Translations under genes and position numbers: made by a program | DNA from: Dehalococcoidia bacterium | GTDB lineage: Bacteria > Chloroflexota > Dehalococcoidia > Plut-88900 | Assembly: GCA_965197585.1 (NCBI GenBank) | Contig: OZ240215.1 | Coordinates: forward strand, 1,664,001 to 1,728,000 | Direction: 5' to 3' | DNA length: 64,000 bases | The notes under the pieces: model-generated | Databases searched by the model: none | The model's input: the letters and a program-made list of their open reading frames with translations, nothing else | What the model was told of the DNA's origin: nothing | Part shown: positions 59,665 through 64,000 of the stretch, piece by piece | Layout: each line of letters begins with the position of its first letter | Position numbering within the stretch: the first letter of the stretch is position 1

Positions 59665-61065
59665 ATGCCATCTACAGAGCTGCATTACCTGACCATCGAC
59701 GAGGCCTCTAAGCTCATCCACGACCGTGAGCTCTCCTCCATCGAGCTGACTCAAGCCCATATTGACAGGATCGACGCCCTCAACGACACCCTCCACGCCT
59801 TCCTCACCCCCACCCCCGACCTCGCCCTCCAGCAATCCGAAAACGCCGACCGAGAAATCGCTGCAGGGAATTCCCGCGGCCCCCTCCACGGCATTCCCAT
59901 CGCCCTGAAGGATCTGTGCGACACCAAGGGAATCCGCACAACTTACGGCAGCCTCGGCTTCAACGACCGCGTCCCCGACTCCGACGCAACAGTCACCGAG
60001 CGCCTGCGTGAAGCCGGTACAACAATGCTCGGCAAGCTCACCATGAGCGAGCTCGCCATGATGGGCCCGCCCAGCAACGGCCCCGAGGCTCGGAACCCTT
60101 GGAACACCGCTCACGCTCCCGCCGGTTCCAGTAGTGGATCGGGCGTCGGAGTTTCCGCTGGCCTCTGCTTCGGCGCCCTCGGCTCCGACACCGGCGGCTC
60201 CATCCGATTTCCCGCTTCCTGGAACGGCATATCCGGCATCCTTCCCTCGAATGGAAGGGTCAGCCGGGCCGGTGTCATGCCCCTCAGTTGGACCATGGAC
60301 AATATTGGCCCCATGTGCCGCACGGTCGAAGATACCGCAATCATGCTGAAGGCCATCGCCGGTGCCGACCCCCGGGACCCCACCACTTCATCGGCCCCCG
60401 TCCCGGACTACCGCTCCATGCTAACCGGGGATGTGCGCGGCCTGAAAATCGGCGTCCTGCGCAGTTATTTCGATCGACACCCCGGCGCCGTCCAGCCGGA
60501 AACTCAAGCCGCCGTAGACAAGGCTATCCTCGATCTGGGCGAAATGGGTGCAGAAGTAGTAGACGTGGAGATCCCTCACCTGGAGTACACAAGTGCCGCA
60601 GGCGCCCCAATCTACATCGCCGAGGGTTACAACATCTTTCAGAAAGACTTCCATGACCGTCCCGACAAGTTCGGCGAGACCGTCAAGGCATTCCTCCTCG
60701 CTGGTGCCCTTTTCACCGCAAGCGACTTCATCCAGGCCCAGCGAATGCGCAGCCGCCTAAAGCGGGAAGTAGAAGAACTGTTCAAACAGGTTGACCTCAT
60801 CGCTGGTCCCGCCACCCTCGGTACTGCGGTCGCCATCGCAGACTTCGACCCGATGGATCTCCTCAACTCAGTCCGCGGCGACACGTCAGTTGTCTTCAAC
60901 CTCACTGGCTGCCCCTCTATTTCCGTGCCCTGCGGCTTCAGCAGCGACGGTCTCCCCATCGGCCTCCAACTCTCAGGCCGCTACCTCGACGAGCCCACCG
61001 TCCTCAACGCCGCCTACGCCTACCAGCAGTCCAACCCCCTCCACAAACAACACCCACCAGTCTAA
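59665..61065 (+). CDS. Amidase signature family (GatA-like)
   Basis: GPLHGIPIALKD, AGSSSGS, GSDTGGSIRFPAS, GLPIGLQL. Confidence 0.93.
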   Translation: MPSTELHYLTIDEASKLIHDRELSSIELTQAHIDRIDALNDTLHAFLTPTPDLALQQSENADREIAAGNSRGPLHGIPIALKDLCDTKGIRTTYGSLGFNDRVPDSDATVTERLREAGTTMLGKLTMSELAMMGPPSNGPEARNPWNTAHAPAGSSSGSGVGVSAGLCFGALGSDTGGSIRFPASWNGISGILPSNGRVSRAGVMPLSWTMDNIGPMCRTVEDTAIMLKAIAGADPRDPTTSSAPVPDYRSMLTGDVRGLKIGVLRSYFDRHPGAVQPETQAAVDKAILDLGEMGAEVVDVEIPHLEYTSAAGAPIYIAEGYNIFQKDFHDRPDKFGETVKAFLLAGALFTASDFIQAQRMRSRLKREVEELFKQVDLIAGPATLGTAVAIADFDPMDLLNSVRGDTSVVFNLTGCPSISVPCGFSSDGLPIGLQLSGRYLDEPTVLNAAYAYQQSNPLHKQHPPV

Positions 61066-61150
61066 ACCCTGGATGTCCCCCCTCACATGGTCAACCCCAG
61101 CGGCTGTCGGGCAGCCGCTGGGAATAGTCCTATCCCCTCTCTCCCTTGAT

Positions 61151-61229
61151 GAGACCTTTGCATAACCTGTGTTGGGGGTGCGTGGGGCCGCTCGTGCTGA
61201 GCCCCGTCGAAGTATGAGCGGGCGGGAGG
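61151..61229 (+). mobile_element. MITE left half
   Basis: ctctctccc-ttgat|GAGACCTTTGCATAA then the internal hairpin; no right TIR seen, two GTCAT REPs follow. Confidence 0.65.
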
Positions 61230-61415
61230 CGTCCCCTCCCCTTTCCGTCATCCTGCCCCCCGAGCCGGAATCCATCCCACCCCTATAACCCTGTCATCCC
61301 GAGGCTCCGCGAGGAATCTACGGCGCACCTAACCCACTCACCCCTTGCCAACAATGCCAACATCAATTAGTCATCTTCGCCTTCTCGGGAATCCATCCCT
61401 TCCAATCGCCCATGA

Positions 61416-61463
61416 AACAAAGAAGGGCGGTGGTGTATGACACCACCGCCCTTTTCTTCTTTT
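61416..61463. terminator. Bidirectional rho-independent terminator
   Basis: aaagaagggcggtggtgt-atg-acaccaccgcccttttcttctttt between convergent genes. Confidence 0.8.
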
Positions 61464-61479
61464 CGATGTCTACGAACGA

Positions 61480-63744
61480 CTAAGTCCCGTTCGACCTCCT
61501 CCCCTGAATCCCCTTCAGCACTACTCCCGGCGACATCGGCAGCTCCCTGAACCTCACCCCCGTCGCCTTGTGGATCGCATTCGCCAGGGCCGCGAGAGCC
61601 GGAACTATGTTCGCCTCACCCGCCCCCCTAACCCCAAACGGATGCCCTGGGTTTGCCTTTTCGACCATCACCGGCTCTATCATCGGTATGTCGAGAGCTG
61701 TGGGCATCCGATAGTCCAGCAGCGTGAAGTTTGCCATCTTACCGTCGTCGCCCATGAAATACTCTTCGCTGAGAGCCCAACCTATTCCTTGGGTGCTTCC
61801 ACCTTGAATCTGACCTTCCACGTAGCTCGGGTGTATCGCCTTGCCCACGTCCTGGAAGGCCGTGAACTTCAATATGGCCACTTTGCCCGTCTCGGGGTCC
61901 ACTTCCACGTCGACAATATTCGCCGAATAAGACGCCCCTGAACCGGTCGGGCTCACGTTCCCCCGACCCACAACCGGCCCACCCGTCTGCCCCAGCTTGG
62001 AAGCCATCTCCTTGAACGTCAATCGAAGCTCGGGGTCCGACTTATGCCTCACCGAGCCGTCCACGTACTCAACTTGCCCTTCCTCCACCTCCCACAATAT
62101 CGCCGCCCTCGAAATCATCTGTCGCGTCACATCCTTCGCCGCCTCATAAGCCGCGATCCCCGACTTGTATGTGACTCCGCTGCCCCCCGTCGGAGAAGTG
62201 AGCCCCACCTCATCCGTATCCCCAATGCTGGGGTTCACGTCTTCTACGGGTATCCCTAGAACTTCCGCTAGTTGCTGAGCAATCGAGGCCCGAGACCCGC
62301 CAATATCCACAGCCCCTTCAACAAGACTCACCGTTCCGTCACTCAGTACGTTGGCAATTGCGCACGCTGGACCGGTGTTGTTCCGGCAGAATCCCATGCT
62401 TATGCCGCGTCCCCGGTTTTCCCCCTCCAGCGGCTCTCTGTAGTGGGGATGGGCCACCACCGCGTCCATCACTTCCTTCGCCCCGATCACCAGGTTCTTT
62501 ACGCCGTCGGCCCGCCGAGACCCCTCCGTGGCAACATTCAGCATCCGAAGCTCCATCGGGTCCATGTCCAACACTTCGGCTATCTCGTCCATCAGGTTTT
62601 CGACTGCCCAAACGACATTCGGCGCCCCCGGCGCCCTGTAGGCCGCGGTCTTGGGCTTGTTGTCCACTATGTCATAGGCATCCACCAGTAGATTGTCGAT
62701 CACATAGGGCGAAAAGATCGCCGCAGCAGCCGCCGCCAGTGGGGCCCCGGGAAAGGCACCAGCCTCGAACAGGTATGTCGCCTTTGCCGCAGTAATTCGG
62801 CCTTCTTTTGTAACTCCTAGCTTGAGCGACACCTTGCTGCCGCAGCTCGGGCCGGTGCTCTCGAACACCTCGGCCCGACTCATGGTCATCTTTACCGACT
62901 TCCCCGATTTCCGGGACAGCACCGCGGCCACCGGCTCAAGGTACGCACTCAGCTTCCCCCCGAACCCCCCGCCGATCTCCATTGGCACTATCTTCACCTG
63001 CGAAATCGGGAGACCCAGGATTTGGGCCACCTGCTGCTGGATGAGGAAATGTCCTTGGCTGCTGCACCAGATCGTGACCCGACCGTCCGCCGACCACGAA
63101 GCCGTAGCATTCTGTGGCTCTATGTAGCCCTGGTGCACCGACTTGTTCTTGTATTCCCTCTCAATGACTAGATCCGCCTCGGCAAACCCCTTCTCAAGGT
63201 CTCCGAAAGCGTGCTGAATATGGTCCGCCACATTCGGCCCATCAATCCCGTCCCCGCTTGACCCGTTCTTCGGCCAGTGTTCGTGGAGCGCCGGGGCCTC
63301 CGCTTTCAACGCTTCCTCAATATTTGTGATCCAGGGAAGCGGTTCGTACTCTACTGCAATCAGGGCCAGTGCCTCTTCTGCGGCCAGCGCAGTTGTTGCC
63401 GCCACCGCCGCCACTGAGTGACCTTTGTACAGCGCCTTCCCCCGAGCCAATATATTGTCCGATACCCCTTTCGGGAATACGTTGTCCCGGCTCACGGGGC
63501 CCGGGTCTGGCAGGTCCACCGAGGTCGCCACGGCCCGCACCTCGGGATGCGCCTCCGCCTTGGAGGTGTCTATGGAAATAATGCGAGCGTGGGGATGGGG
63601 ACTGCGGAGAACCTTGCCGTGAAGCATTCCCGGCAATCTTATGTCGGCTCCGTACTGCGCTCTCCCGATAACCTTGTCCACGCCATCGTGCCGGATGGGG
63701 CGGGTCCCGATGACCTTGTACTCCGGCTTCGCAGTAGTTGTCAT
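61480..63744 (-). CDS. Xanthine dehydrogenase/CoxL-family molybdopterin-binding subunit
   Basis: KV.GRAQY.AD, RSPHPHARI, IGGGFGGK, AYRAPG, VEGQIQGG..QGIG, DYRMPT, RGAGE. Confidence 0.92.
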   Translation of the reverse strand: MTTTAKPEYKVIGTRPIRHDGVDKVIGRAQYGADIRLPGMLHGKVLRSPHPHARIISIDTSKAEAHPEVRAVATSVDLPDPGPVSRDNVFPKGVSDNILARGKALYKGHSVAAVAATTALAAEEALALIAVEYEPLPWITNIEEALKAEAPALHEHWPKNGSSGDGIDGPNVADHIQHAFGDLEKGFAEADLVIEREYKNKSVHQGYIEPQNATASWSADGRVTIWCSSQGHFLIQQQVAQILGLPISQVKIVPMEIGGGFGGKLSAYLEPVAAVLSRKSGKSVKMTMSRAEVFESTGPSCGSKVSLKLGVTKEGRITAAKATYLFEAGAFPGAPLAAAAAAIFSPYVIDNLLVDAYDIVDNKPKTAAYRAPGAPNVVWAVENLMDEIAEVLDMDPMELRMLNVATEGSRRADGVKNLVIGAKEVMDAVVAHPHYREPLEGENRGRGISMGFCRNNTGPACAIANVLSDGTVSLVEGAVDIGGSRASIAQQLAEVLGIPVEDVNPSIGDTDEVGLTSPTGGSGVTYKSGIAAYEAAKDVTRQMISRAAILWEVEEGQVEYVDGSVRHKSDPELRLTFKEMASKLGQTGGPVVGRGNVSPTGSGASYSANIVDVEVDPETGKVAILKFTAFQDVGKAIHPSYVEGQIQGGSTQGIGWALSEEYFMGDDGKMANFTLLDYRMPTALDIPMIEPVMVEKANPGHPFGVRGAGEANIVPALAALANAIHKATGVRFRELPMSPGVVLKGIQGRRSNGT

Positions 63745-64000
63745 GTAAAAACCCTCACTGAAAATTACACAAGTTGACCGGGTCGAAACAGCGTCATAAT
63801 TCTACCACGACTCGCTACCACGTCCCGTTCACGATCCCACCCCCCGATCCGGAGTCGATCCAATCCCGTAGGGGCGACCGTCTGGTCGCCTTCCCCCGGT
63901 CCCTCACGCTGTAAGGGCAAACTCTCGTGTATCCCTGGTTCCGAGGGGCCGCTCACCCTGAGCGCCGTCGAAGGGTCGAGCGTGGGGCGGCCCACCACCG

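Noticed and set aside
61480-63744. Aerobic CO dehydrogenase large subunit
   Set aside because: The active-site loop reads AYRAPG, not the form I AYxCSFR motif, so it is a generic xanthine-oxidase-family subunit.

Overview
Bacterial chromosomal segment, probably from Chloroflexota (Dehalococcoidia/SAR202-like). This is inferred from four LLM/F420-type oxidoreductases, several amidohydrolases, a nurA-HAS-herA module and a CCG-anchored succinate dehydrogenase. Housekeeping genes (polA partial, coaD, rsmD, sdhAB plus HdrB-like subunit, mdh, icd-like, carboxyltransferases, folPK, selB, hemW, ychF, argH-like, ald) alternate with catabolic genes and small lower-GC accessory islets (mrr, HTH-HNH, vapBC, DUF2442/DUF4160, orphan higA). 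The most notable structure is non-coding: a nested set of at least four palindromic REP-like families. Three 1056-bp IS481-family copies all sit at the same base of the GTCATTCC palindrome. A ~130-155 bp MITE sits in the loop of a second palindrome and carries a third, tandem-GA hairpin. Almost all of these elements share one orientation on the C-rich + strand. Also notable are an orphan ORF with frame-preserving repeats behind a promoter with the same architecture as the HNH gene promoter, a polarised 19-bp array ending at a REP, and a transcarboxylase-like operon with a double-biotinyl 5S fusion. No rRNA, tRNA or CRISPR array was recognised. All calls were made by eye, with no database searches.
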